A stretch of DNA of 64,000 bases from Eledone cirrhosa (GCA_964016885.1 OZ024760.1:24986001-25050000), one strand, 5' to 3'; positions 46,961 to 59,872 are shown, counted from the stretch's first letter. Numbers and translations are program-made. The notes: generated by a model from the letters alone, not told the origin.

Positions 46961-47089
46961 GCTTACATATACACATATCTATATATGTATATATATATAT
47001 ACATATATACATTTATTAACATTTATATATATATATATATGTGTGTGGTGTGGGTGGGGTGTATATATATATATATAAATGTATATGTA

Positions 47090-47179
<90 letters not shown>

Positions 47180-47272
47180 TACATTTGTTTCATGCAAGCA
47201 AATATGGAGACATGAATATATGATGTATGAAAGTATATATGTTTGTATGTATAAATGTATGTATATTATATG

Positions 47273-47318
<46 letters not shown>

Positions 47319-47331
47319 CACATATATACAT

Positions 47332-47374
<43 letters not shown>

Positions 47375-47516
47375 TGTATATATGTATGTATATATGTATA
47401 TATGTGTATATATACATGTATGTATGTATGTAAAGGCCACATAACTGATAGCTAGCAGCAAAAAAAGAAACATTCCCAATATTGACACAAAAGATGACAT
47501 CATGTATACACACCTT

Positions 47517-47607
<91 letters not shown>

Positions 47608-47944
47608 ATATATATATATACACGATTCATAAATATCCGTCTCTGTATGAATATTTGTTCAATCGACACCAAACCCAAATCCTGGTTTGAAAGAAGGATG
47701 CACATAGTAACATAAATAAATAACACTGATGGGGAGGATAGGGGTTGATGCCAGTTAGGTGGAGGGGGAACAATGGCTGTGCCTAGCAATATCCTCAGAT
47801 ATGTCTATGATAGGGTAGCAATGGGGTGAAACAACTACAAAAAGAAACAACGACAACAACGAAAACAACGGTAATAAAGACAACATCGTTGACAAAATGT
47901 TTTAACAAACACCTTAATAACTATAAGTCGAACAATGTCGTGGA

Positions 47945-48205
47945 CAACAGAAACTACCAAAAATACACAAATACATATAACAACAGAAACTACCAAAAAT
48001 ACACAAATATATATATAACAACAGAAACTACCAAAAATACACAAATATATATAACAACAGAAACTACCAAAAATACACAAATATATATAACAACAGAAAG
48101 TACCAAAAATACACAAATATATATAACAACAGAAACTACCAAAAATACACAAATATATATAACAACAGAAACTACCAAAAATACACAAATATATATAACA
48201 ACAAC
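47945..48205. repeat. 36-bp minisatellite (about 7 copies)
   Basis: Unit aacaacagaaactaccaaaaatacacaaatatatat. Confidence 0.95.
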
Positions 48206-48481
48206 AATAACAAATATAACAATAACAATAAAATAACACCAACAATGGACAATGATGTAGATGATATGACACTGGCCGTCATAACAATATACATAACATA
48301 GTCTGCGCATATGAATACAGAAATACCAATGACAGAAATAACAACAATAGCGCTGATGATGTTGATGATGCTGATGATGATAATGGTGATGATGCTGATG
48401 ATGGTGATGGTGATGGTGATGATGCTGCTGCTGCTGCTGCTGCTATGGATGTTGTTGGTGATGATGATGATGATGCTGATG

Positions 48482-49356
48482 ATAGTTTCTAATATAGGCA
48501 CAATGTCAGCAATCTTGGGTAGGAGAAATTCGATTAAATCGACCCCAGTGCATTACTGGTACTTTATTTCGTCAAGGCTGCAAGGATGAAAGGCAGAGCC
48601 ACAGCTTCAGCGGCACTTGACCTCATAACGTAAAGGGCCGTAACTCAATGCTGATAATTATGATAGTAATAATAGTTATAATTTCTTTATTGGCCTACAT
48701 ATAGGCGCCTACATATAGGGGCCTACATATAGGGGCCTACATATAGGGTCTACATATAGGGTCTACATATAGGGGCCTACATATATGGGCCTACATATAG
48801 GAGTCAATACAACAAGATACGGAGGTTTTACAATTACAATATAGTAATTGTTTCTACTTTTGACACAAGCCAAACAATAACCCCCAGTGCATTACTGGTA
48901 CTTTATTTTATGGAACCCGCAAGGTTAACCTCGGCGAGATTTGAAGTCAGGTTGTAAAGGGATATAACTCTATACTTCAAAGCATGGCGTCGGAGCCTCT
49001 CCTCTAGCGATACTGCCAAACAACAATAATTGTTTCTACTTTCGGCACAATGCCAGCAATTACCCTAGTGCATTACTGGTACATTATTTTATCGACCACG
49101 TAAGGATGAGTGGCAAAGTAACAATACTGATAATAGTAATGTTGATCGTGATGATAATAATAATAATTGTTTCTACTTTTTGGCACAAGGCCATCAATTA
49201 TCCCAGTACATTACCGGTACTTTATTTTATCGATCCTGTAAGGATGAAAGGCAAAGTTAACCTCGGCGGGATTTGAACTCAGAATGGCAAGGGCCGTAAC
49301 TCTATACGTCAAAGCATGGCGTCCGACCCTCTCCCAATACTGCCAATCCATCGCCC
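48482..49356 (-). mobile_element. Cluster of four tRNA-SINE copies or fragments
   Basis: SINE tails at ~48482, 48846, 49028 and 49164; the last copy is nearly full length. Confidence 0.85.
48692..48801. repeat. 13-14-bp minisatellite
   Basis: (ggcctacatatagg)-type unit, about 8 copies. Confidence 0.93.
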
Positions 49357-49428
49357 TAAGTAACAATAATGATAATAGTGATGCTGATGGTGATGATAAT
49401 AATAATAATGATAATAATAATAACAGGT

Positions 49429-49460
<32 letters not shown>

Positions 49461-49674
49461 GGTGATGATGATGATGATATGATGTTGGCTGGATGACGGC
49501 GATGAAGAAAAGGTTAGGTGTATTACTAAAACGAACATAAACCTAAACCACAATACATGAGAGTCTCCGCAGCAAACAAGATTGCTTACAAAAGCTGGTA
49601 CGGTTGAATATAATACGAACTGATGTGTATATATATATATATATATGCATACATACACACAAACACACACACAG

Positions 49675-49738
<64 letters not shown>

Positions 49739-49784
49739 GTCCTAGTAGTCCCTTGTGCAAGTAAATGAGAGTGAATACATATAT

Positions 49785-49826
<42 letters not shown>

Positions 49827-49831
49827 ATATA

Positions 49832-49892
<61 letters not shown>

Positions 49893-49900
<8 letters not shown>

Positions 49901-50007
49901 AGATCAAAAGATGGTTAAAGGAGTTCCATATATTTTATTATGCGCATTTGAAATGCGCATAATAAAATATATGGAACTCCTTTAACCATCTTTTGATCTT
50001 ATATTAT
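49893..50007. repeat. Perfect palindrome, 57-bp arms, 1-nt spacer
   Basis: ataatataagatc...tatgcgcattt G aaatgcgcata...gatcttatattat. The arm matches the 3' part of the hammerhead element at 58759-58812. Confidence 0.97.
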
Positions 50008-50090
50008 GCATACTCCAGTCCCACAAACTGTAGAGTGCTTCTTATCCGATATCTGCATTGCTTTATTGTACTACAATAAAACTCACCTCC

Positions 50091-50133
<43 letters not shown>

Positions 50134-50170
50134 CAAAAACATACTTACATGTTTACGTTTATAATTTGCT

Positions 50171-50229
<59 letters not shown>

Positions 50230-50591
50230 GAATTCGCAGACCAGACCCCTTCTTCCTCCCGTTAGACCTGTGCGAAATTCCTTCCTTGCTCACATTTCAA
50301 CCAGGTTTGATGGTCTTTATTCTCTCGTTCACGATTTCACCGAACTTAAATTCATAGAAATCTGGGACTTGTCTCCTTCTTCCTCACTTTCTGTTGCCTC
50401 ACAATTTTGTTTGCTTACCCTCGCGTCCCCTTTATTTACGTGTCCCAAGGACTTGTTTTAGCCGTTGCTCGCACCAACCGGAGGTATATGGTCTTTAAAG
50501 CGATGAAATGCTTATGATAGTTGGAAGATCACTGATGAAGGACAAACTTTTTTCATATGTAACCCATTTGCAACTCCGCAGCGCCCTTATT

Positions 50592-50655
<64 letters not shown>

Positions 50656-50676
50656 AGGTGTGTGTGTGTGTATGTA

Positions 50677-50714
<38 letters not shown>

Positions 50715-51039
50715 TCAAGATTAGACAAGACAAGTAGGGAAACAAAAGAAAAAAAATATATATATATCAAACACCAAAATCACCCATAAGATACGCACCA
50801 ATACACACCTTTACCCACAGGCACACACTATGTACACATACAGCAAAACACACATACACACATACACGAACACACACATGAAATTACTCTGTCAAACGTC
50901 CTTCAGAAATGACGCTTTATTTTAAATTTAACCTAACCTCTTCCTCATGCCTGAACCTCTCTCTGAAATATTTATATTCAACATTGTTATATTGTGACAT
51001 GTATCTGTCACAATTACCATTCCGTTACCATATGTATAT

Positions 51040-51094
<55 letters not shown>

Positions 51095-51294
51095 TATATA
51101 TATATACAGAGAGAGAGATATTACATATATATATATAATATATATATATATAGATAGACATTACATATATATATATATGTAATGTCTATATATATATATA
51201 TTATATATATATATGTAATAGCTATATATCTAATATATATATATATATATGTAATGTCTCTATATATATATATATTATATATATATATGTAATA

Positions 51295-51360
<66 letters not shown>

Positions 51361-51361
51361 A

Positions 51362-51454
<93 letters not shown>

Positions 51455-51499
51455 AATGAATAATAACAGGTAGACATCATAAAAAGGTAGTTTATTCCG

Positions 51500-51610
51500 T
51501 GTGCTTACAAGTGTTTCCACGGTGGTACTGCAGCCTAGTTCCGCTACGTGCAAATTCACAAGTATTTGCAGAACTCGAATATCCAATGCTGTGACCACTG
51601 TTTCCTCAGT
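51500..51610 (-). ncRNA. Hammerhead-like motif with long stem II insertion; 5' strand of stem I lost
   Basis: Minus strand CUGAGGA-aACAGUGGU...ACCACCGUg-GAAAC-ACUU-GUA|AGC. Upstream is (TA)n, so the unit is truncated at the ribozyme. Confidence 0.45.
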
Positions 51611-51622
51611 ATATATATATAT

Positions 51623-51754
51623 AGTTTTAATATAGATTAGATTCTACAGGACTAGAACTGTTACATTCTTTAGAAATCATCATGATCATGATTCCTGAGG
51701 ATTTCTAAAGATGAAACAGTTCTAGTCCTGTAGAATCTCACCTATATTAAAACT
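51623..51754. repeat. Imperfect fold-back (~60-bp arms) whose right arm holds a hammerhead-like motif
   Basis: agattctacaggactagaactgtt pairs with aacagttctagtcctgtagaatct. Right arm reads GAUUC-CUGAGGA-(11 nt)-GAAACAG-uucuaguc-CUGUA|GAAUC at 51690-51737. Confidence 0.75.
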
Positions 51755-51845
51755 TTTATCATACTCTGCTATGTATTGAGTACCTTACTTACTGTGGTTA
51801 CCTCCGATTCAACCCGGAATAACTTACCTGCACACACACACACAC

Positions 51846-51968
<123 letters not shown>

Positions 51969-52310
51969 AGACTGTATTGAAATTTGCTTGAAGCATTGTG
52001 GAATAATAAAATATATTTTTGGGGCGTCGTTTTGGAAGCTTCAACAATGCAGATCGGTAAATCTCCGGGTAACAGAATCCGGAGGTGAAGAGAGAGATGT
52101 AAGGGAATGTAGAATGAGATGTATAGTGTGTAGAGGAACGTAGGAAAGAGCGTAAAAAAAAATAACAACACGAGATAGAGTTACCCTGGGAGAGATTTAA
52201 TTGTCCCTATATTTCTGATTCGCATCTAACATGAGAGGATTTTCCGGGATGAAAGATATCTGTCGGAGAGGAACGGTACGTGGCCTCTGTTGTCCACCGT
52301 TTGTGTGTAA

Positions 52311-52365
<55 letters not shown>

Positions 52366-52661
52366 ATATATATATATAATTGGAAATCAATAAAAACGAA
52401 TCTCTGGCGGTTTGCAAGTAAATTCGGCCTACTTATATGAAATGATGAGTTAGCAAAGCACTCGATAAGATAGGACCTTAGAGTAATAACATACGTTTAA
52501 ATAGCTTGACAAATCGAACATTGTGGTAGGCGAAACTAACACACTATATATACCAAAGTAACGATAGAGCTAATCAGGTTGAGAAAAGTACCCCTGGACA
52601 AATCAAACGATCAATCGTTTAAAGTGTTTCTTTGAAATCCGAAATCAAATATCAGACTTAC

Positions 52662-52731
52662 GTGAATGGCAAGCTCATGGTATTGGTGATCGAACGGAGG
52701 TTTCAGTTTATCAACAGGCTTTTCGTTCTGC
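52662..52731 (-). other. Candidate exon (70 nt)
   Basis: Minus strand atctctcttgtcccag|GCAG...TTCAC|gtaagt; open frame QNEKPVDKLKPPFDHQYHELAIH. An accATGa lies in another frame. Confidence 0.4.
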
Positions 52732-53008
52732 CTGGGACAAGAGAGATAAATTATATGTTGCTGCTACATGCGGCATATCGTATCTATAGCTATCACGTGT
52801 TAATTCGGCAAGGGAAATAACCACCGGTTTTAGGCGGGTCATTCAAAATGTTAGCGAAAGGAAATATTTTAATTTCCGCTAATCATCATGATAAGCTCTC
52901 AACTAGATGTTATAAAACAAACAGAAATAATTAACCAATCAACAGAATTGTCTAATTAAATTAATTAGTTAATTATTAAATCTAGGAGAATAATATAATT
53001 GTAAATCA

Positions 53009-53079
<71 letters not shown>

Positions 53080-53156
53080 GTAAACATAAATAACAACACA
53101 ATCGGTACTGTATATGGAAGGTATATATTAGGTTAACGCTTAATATAGCAGGAAGA

Positions 53157-53198
53157 GGGTCGTAACGTTTCGGACGCTAGTACTTCATCAGAAGATAG
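53157..53198 (-). ncRNA. Degenerate Penelope-type hammerhead motif
   Basis: Minus strand ucuu-CUGAUGA-aguacuagcgucc-GAAAC-GUUA with AACGUU palindrome. Stems I and II are partly mismatched. Followed by a short tail into (TA)n. Confidence 0.5.
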
Positions 53199-53343
53199 AA
53201 TGAGAAATAAAATAGATTGAGGGAACGGGTGGGATAGAATTGGAAATAATGTCTTTAGATAAAAATAATAGGTCCATTTATGTTGACATCTCTTGCCTAT
53301 GTGTGTGTGTGTACAATAAAGTCGAAAATGCACCCAAGCAGTG

Positions 53344-53424
<81 letters not shown>

Positions 53425-54268
53425 TGGGGATGAGGTGCAACAGAAATGAAACATGGGTTACATCTTAAAATATAGGCTAGATAGATGAGAAACAAAACGA
53501 GGATGTAGTTTACGGAACACCCAAATGATTTAGACATCAACCTTAAGTAGGAGCAATAACATTAAGAAAGACATGGACGAAACCACATCATTTTGTTTTG
53601 AAAATGTTGAAGGTAGGTTATAAATATGATTTTTCAGTGGACACTAGATTTTTCAAAGATACCAGAGACGGTGATGATCCTGGTCTTGGGTTCAATCCTG
53701 GTGGAGAGGTACATGTAATCATTTTCAGTTTTTATTTTACATCCCATAGAAAATAAACTGAAAAGGTGTACAGAGAACCCTACTGCCGACCAAGATCGAA
53801 CTTCAGACTAGGATCACCACCGTCTATGATTCCTCCAGCTAGGCCGCCGAGACAGCTACGAAAGTATAATGAAAATTAATAATTATGAACCTACTTTCAA
53901 AATCAAAGTTCAAAAGTTGTGGTGTCTTTCATGGCTTTTCTGGAGCTATTAGTCATATTTAGGGATCACTTGTCAATCTTCTGGCTCTTTGGTAACAGCC
54001 ACATTACATTATTCCTTTGTTGGTTTAACTGTTGAATGAATTTAATTTGATTATTTCAACAAATAAATTATATATATATATATTTGTGAGGACCGCATGT
54101 ATATGTGAAGGTATGTATATTTCCTCTGATAATTTGTAATATTTTTTACATAGATCTATATGATATACATACCAACACACATATACATCCCAGAAACGAT
54201 CGTAAAATGATGATTTTTCTTATATAAAGAACTTGTTCTTTGTGTTTATTTCATTGATTTTATTCATT

Positions 54269-54349
<81 letters not shown>

Positions 54350-54784
54350 TGGCTGACTAGCCAGGTTGCCCTATGGCAAGTGAGCCCCATTTTCTAGAAT
54401 GTCATGTACATTGTAGTACAAGAATATGTACTAATCAACAAACGATTAAGGCTACATATAGAATTGTTTTCTAGCAATAGTGATTTCTAGTATATGCCTG
54501 AAGATCAGCAATTATAAATCGACCCCATTTCGTTATTGGTACTTTATTTTATCGACCCTGCAATGATTAAAGGCAAAGCTAACCTCGGATTTGAACTCAG
54601 AATGTCAATGGTTCAAATGCTGGTTAGCTTTGCTTTTCACCCTTACGTTGTAGATAAAATAACAGTAATGCACATTGATTCCTAGTTCGTTGCTGGTTCT
54701 TATTGAACCGATTTTGAGCAAATACCATTTATCTTTAACAATCCATTCTTTCATTGGTGAATCTTACTATCTAATGTCTCTAGG

Positions 54785-55265
54785 GGTGGTGGAATGGCAG
54801 AATTGGTAGAGCGTCAGATTAAATTTAATTGCGGTATCTGTTCTTACCTTTTACATTCTAAGTTCTAATCTCGCCAAAGCCAACTTTATCATTCATCTTT
54901 CTGGGGCAGGTAGTATCAAGTACCAGCAAAGTACTGGTGTTGATTTAATCACCGTTGCCCTTCCTAAACATGTAATATGTAGACCATGTGCCAATGCTAT
55001 AACAAGAATAAAGAGATATGTACTCCTTTCTTTCATTTAATATAGTTAATTTGTGTGATTTGAGGGAGATTTGGCTGTTATTACTAGCAATGAAGGAGCT
55101 TGGATTTGTGTTTAAAGAGTTGGATTCGCAACCATGAGGTTGTGTGTTCGATTCCCGGACCACGCGATACGTCATGTTTATGAGCAAGACACTTGGTTAA
55201 ATTAAAGTGTCTTGCTCAGTGATGGAATGACCAAATGGAAACATTGTTTCCTTGGTCCGATATCT
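54785..55265 (+). mobile_element. Diverged tRNA-SINE followed by a CORE-SINE fragment
   Basis: tggcagaattggtagagcgtcag...tttatcattcatctttctgggg...aagtaccag, then gttcgattcccggac...tgagcaagacactt. Confidence 0.75.
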
Positions 55266-55413
55266 GTTCCACTTCACATGGTATTCGAATCATGCCTGAG
55301 ATTTATTGCCTATTGATTTTGTTATATATACAAGCATTTCGATCCTCCAAGGAGATGCTTCTTTCCGTTGTTAATTTGTAAAATACACCACACTGTGTGA
55401 GTGTGTCTCTGTA

Positions 55414-56102
55414 ATAATTGTTTCTACTTTTGGCACAAGGCCAGCAATTAATCCAGTGTATTACTGGTACTTTATTTTATTGATCCCGTAAGGATGAAAA
55501 GCAAAGTTAACCTCGGTAGGATTTGAACACAGATGATAAAAGACTGTAATTCCATGCTGTCCATGTCAAATCATGGTGTCCAACTCTCCACCGATACTGC
55601 CAATCCACAGCCATTTAAAGACTACATGTACCTCTTGAGCTGGATTGAACCCAAAACTAGGATCTTCACCGTCTCTATTACCTACCGCTAGGCCACTGAG
55701 AAAGGTACGTGTCTTTGTAATAATTATTTCTATTTTTGGCACAAAGCCAGCAATTATCCCAGTGTATTACTGGTACTTTATTTTATCGACCCTGTAAGGA
55801 TGAAAGGCAAAGTTAACCTCGGCAGGATTTGAACTCAGATCATAAACGGAGGTAACTCTATGCTTCAAAGCATGGTGTTCGACCCTCTACCGATTCTGCC
55901 AATCCACCGTCTTTGTAATAATTGTTTCTACTTTTGGCACAAGGCCATCAATTACGCAGTACATTACTGGTACTTTATTTTATCGACCCGTAAGGATGAA
56001 AGGCAAAGTTAACCTCGGTGGGATTTGAACTCAGACCTCAAAGAGACGTAACTATGCTGGAAAGCATGGCGTCCGACCCTCTATCAATACTGCCAATCCA
56101 CC
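55414..56102 (-). mobile_element. Array of three tRNA-SINE copies separated by a repeated 14-bp flank
   Basis: Copies at ~55414, 55721 and 55919; gtct(c/t)tgtaataat occurs at 55405, 55711, 55909 and 56103. Confidence 0.92.
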
Positions 56103-56389
56103 GTCTTTGTAATAATGGCGACACAACGTAAAACCGTTGTTGTTTAAGAATCTAAGGACCCCCACCCATCCTATGCCAAATTATGATAATACTACAGTGA
56201 GTCTTAACTCGATAAATGTGAAATTTAACGAGGGATTTAACAGGCAATGGTATATCAGTTAATGCAGACAAGCTGGCATGCAGACAGGAGATATTACTAC
56301 TAAAGCATAAACCATTTCAAAAGGAGAGTTAATGCACACAGTAGAGATATACAGATTGCATAAATATAAATTAAAGCAACAGGATTGTA

Positions 56390-56900
56390 GGAAACGACTT
56401 ATCAAAAGTGCATTCGTATCCATCGATTAATGTATAGGCCAAAATACTTGATTTCTTATTCCTGGATAATAAAATATTTAAGGATGTTAAGGAGAGCAGA
56501 AAATATAAGAAGGTGGACATAAAAATATTTATAACTAAAAGGGAAAACAAAAATTGATATATTTTCGCTGAAGAATTTCTAAATAGTAAGATCAATGGAG
56601 AAAATCTTTAAGGTTGTATAGCTTGTCCTTTTTCCATTTTGCGATCTTCTTGATACATTTAACACTCTATTAAGGAATAAGATGGCTATATTATTAAAAT
56701 AACTCAGCTGAAAGTGTATGCCATTTTCTTTATGGATGTCTTGAACAACTTACCAAAGTGGTGAAGATCAAATGGATATCTTTTAGTAGAACGTTTATAT
56801 GGATCGCACGTAAGACACTTGGATGGTATTTGAAATAAAATAATATAGTTTGGGGAGGGTGCTTTAATAAAACGTGGACTGTAAAACAGCGGAAGAATGT
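56390..56900 (+). pseudogene. Highly decayed reverse-transcriptase remnant, possibly R4/Dong-like
   Basis: Broken frames KSAFVSI, KIF*G..SLSFFHFAIFLIHLT and FFMDVL occur in the order expected for KAFDSV / IFQGDSLSP / FMDD. Confidence 0.3.
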
Positions 56901-56989
56901 ATAATGTGATGCACTTAACTTATAATAAAACCATAAAACCATCAAATAGCTAGATCACTGTTTATCTATATACTTAAATGCAATGCCAT

Positions 56990-57128
56990 GCGGGAAATTG
57001 GCAGGGTCGTTAGAAGGTCAGTTAGATGTATTGTTGTATTCCCTTCGGCTTTTTATGAACTCTGCGTTCAAATCCAGCCGAGGTCAACTTCGCCTTTCAT
57101 CCTTTTTAGGTCGATAAATAAGTACCAA
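56990..57128 (+). mobile_element. Diverged tRNA-SINE, 3'-truncated
   Basis: ttggcagggtcgttag...gttcaaatccagccgaggtcaacttcgcctttcatcctttttaggtcgataaataagtacc. Confidence 0.8.
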
Positions 57129-57538
57129 GCCAATAATAATGTCCTTTGCTCCAACAAATATCTTTCTCACTTTCTCTCCTTATTACTCTCTAGATGCAAA
57201 CCCTATGGTCATACATAATTAAAGAGGAGGCTTGGTCTACAGTACATTTACTATTACAAGGAACAAAACATCCGTATAATGGAGAGGAACATACTTCTGT
57301 GTGTAAAACCTCATACGAAAAAAGGCATCCTGGTCCCAGCTCAGGGAATGGATAAAGCGCTACCGGTATGAAAACGTGTCGCTTTTTGATCGGTGGACGG
57401 GCTTACAATTCAGGAGGGGGTGAAATTGATTTACAGAGGTGCGTTGTATCTTTGAGCAAGACACTTTATTTCACATTGAAGTCAACTTTCATCCTTTCGA
57501 GATCGATAATGTAACATTCTAGAACAGGCGTCGATCCT

Positions 57539-57680
<142 letters not shown>

Positions 57681-57718
57681 AGGAAGTTATAGTTCACTTG
57701 AATCATTGTGTAATGAGG

Positions 57719-57831
57719 TATAAACGTTTGTATATGTATAATAAAGCCAAAACAATGCAGGTATGGACATAGAATAAATTTATTCTATGTTCAAACCTGC
57801 ATTGTTTTGGCTTTATTATAAATATACAAAC

Positions 57832-57838
<7 letters not shown>
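57719..57838. repeat. Near-perfect palindrome, 60-bp arms, no spacer
   Basis: tataaacgtttgtat...catagaataaa|tttattctatg...atacaaacgtttata; 3 mismatches counted by eye. Confidence 0.95.
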
Positions 57839-57898
<60 letters not shown>

Positions 57899-58079
57899 TA
57901 TATATATATATATATATATATATAAGAAAAGAGTCAGTTAAATCCGCATCTAGTTGTCGAAACGGCTGCAGCTCAGCCGTCTGGGCCCTGACGATTTTCC
58001 TATTACCCACTCTACAACCCTAACTATCGAGTATTCTAATGCCTTATGGACCACCTGGTGTCTTACCACCCCTTATTTG

Positions 58080-58127
<48 letters not shown>

Positions 58128-58151
58128 ACATATATATATATATAAAGTGAA

Positions 58152-58409
58152 ATAGTTGTTTCTACTTTTGGCACAAGGTCAGCAATTTTTCCAGTGTATT
58201 ACTGGTACTTTGAAGTGAAATAATTGTTTCTACTTTAGGCACAAAGCCACCAATTACCCAGTGCATTACTGGTACTTTATTTTATCGACCCCGTAAGGAT
58301 GAAAGGCAAAGTCAACCTCGGCAGGATTTGAACTCAGATCGTAAAGGGACGTAACTATGCTGGAAAGCATGGCGTCCGACCCTCTACCGATACTGCCAAT
58401 CCACCGCCC
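58152..58409 (-). mobile_element. tRNA-SINE tail fragment plus full copy, with repeated flank aagtgaaata
   Basis: Flank occurs at ~58145, 58213 and 58414. Confidence 0.9.
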
Positions 58410-58581
58410 TTTAAAGTGAAATAATGAAGAGTAACATGGTTGGCTGTACAATAAGGGGCTTTACTTCAAGTACTGACAATTGTTTCTATTGATCAGGTGA
58501 GTCTAGAGGTCGCTAAACGCTTGAAGGTGCGTCACTCGATCTCCACTACATTATTTACCTCTGTTCAACACATCAGAGTAC

Positions 58582-58615
<34 letters not shown>

Positions 58616-58618
<3 letters not shown>

Positions 58619-58806
58619 GGAGGTGAGTTTTATTGTAGTACAATAAATATGTTGATTTAAAACTGCACTATCCACAAGTGTTTTTTAACCTTCATATCAT
58701 GTCTTCCTGTTTTATCTGATGAAAACACAAATATTATTGCATGATGATATTTGTTTTTGAAATGCGCATAATAAAATACATGGAACTCTTTTAACTATCT
58801 TTTGTT

Positions 58807-58812
<6 letters not shown>
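58616..58812 (+). mobile_element. ~195-bp non-coding hammerhead-bearing element inserted in (TA)n
   Basis: Bounded by TA tracts. Its 5' part matches 50060-50093 (reverse) and its 3' part matches the 49893-50007 palindrome arm. Confidence 0.7.
58709..58777 (+). ncRNA. Type I hammerhead ribozyme (intact core, palindromic stem III)
   Basis: GUUUUAU-CUGAUGA-aaac ACAAAUAUUA uugcauga UGAUAUUUGU uuuu-GAAAU-GCGC-AUA|AUAAAAU: 7-bp stem I, 10-bp stem II, AUGCGCAU palindrome. Confidence 0.8.
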
Positions 58813-59167
<355 letters not shown>

Positions 59168-59571
59168 CTGTATTATAATAGACTATAAAAGAAAAACGAA
59201 GACAGATATATACATATATGTGTTCAAATTGTAAGGGACCTGATTCGCTAAGGTGAAAAGAATACTAACTATGGACAATAGGGTTTGCTTGTCTCAATTT
59301 AAAAAAAAATTGAGAAAATAAATACAAATCGGAATCGTGGTAACTACCAATCATTTAATCAGTGGGTGATGAATTAATATCCTAGACACTTCTAAGTATC
59401 TTAAGGAACTGAATAGTGTGCTATACATAGTAGTGCACATGGTATCTTAGCGTGTCTTACGCCACTAAAAATAGCAGCCAGGTTTATTCGACATTTGAAA
59501 TAGCTCAACAAATTAACGGAGCCGAATATATCAAAGTTCCTAACTCAATATATAACTTTGATATATCGAAG

Positions 59572-59626
<55 letters not shown>

Positions 59627-59691
59627 ATATATATATTTACCATGACTGAATCTTAACCATCTACTATGTCAGGGTATGTCATGTATCATTT

Positions 59692-59758
59692 TATTTTATC
59701 TGATGAGGACGTACTCTTGAACTTAACTCAGTACCTCTGAAATATGTATAATAAAATA
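59692..59758 (+). ncRNA. Type I hammerhead ribozyme motif in a ~160-bp unit between TA tracts
   Basis: UAUUUUAU-CUGAUGA-ggac GUACU...AGUAC cucu-GAAAU-AUGU-AUA|AUAAAAUA: 8-bp stem I identical to that at 7264-7325. Confidence 0.75.
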
Positions 59759-59798
59759 TAATTGATCACAAGAATATCTATTTTGTTAATATTTTGAA

Positions 59799-59854
<56 letters not shown>

Positions 59855-59872
<18 letters not shown>

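Noticed and set aside
50525-50590. ctgatgaagg motif in a possible pLTR remnant (similar decayed trace near 52020-52060, minus strand)
   Set aside because: The GAAA half and the stems are missing; too degenerate to call.
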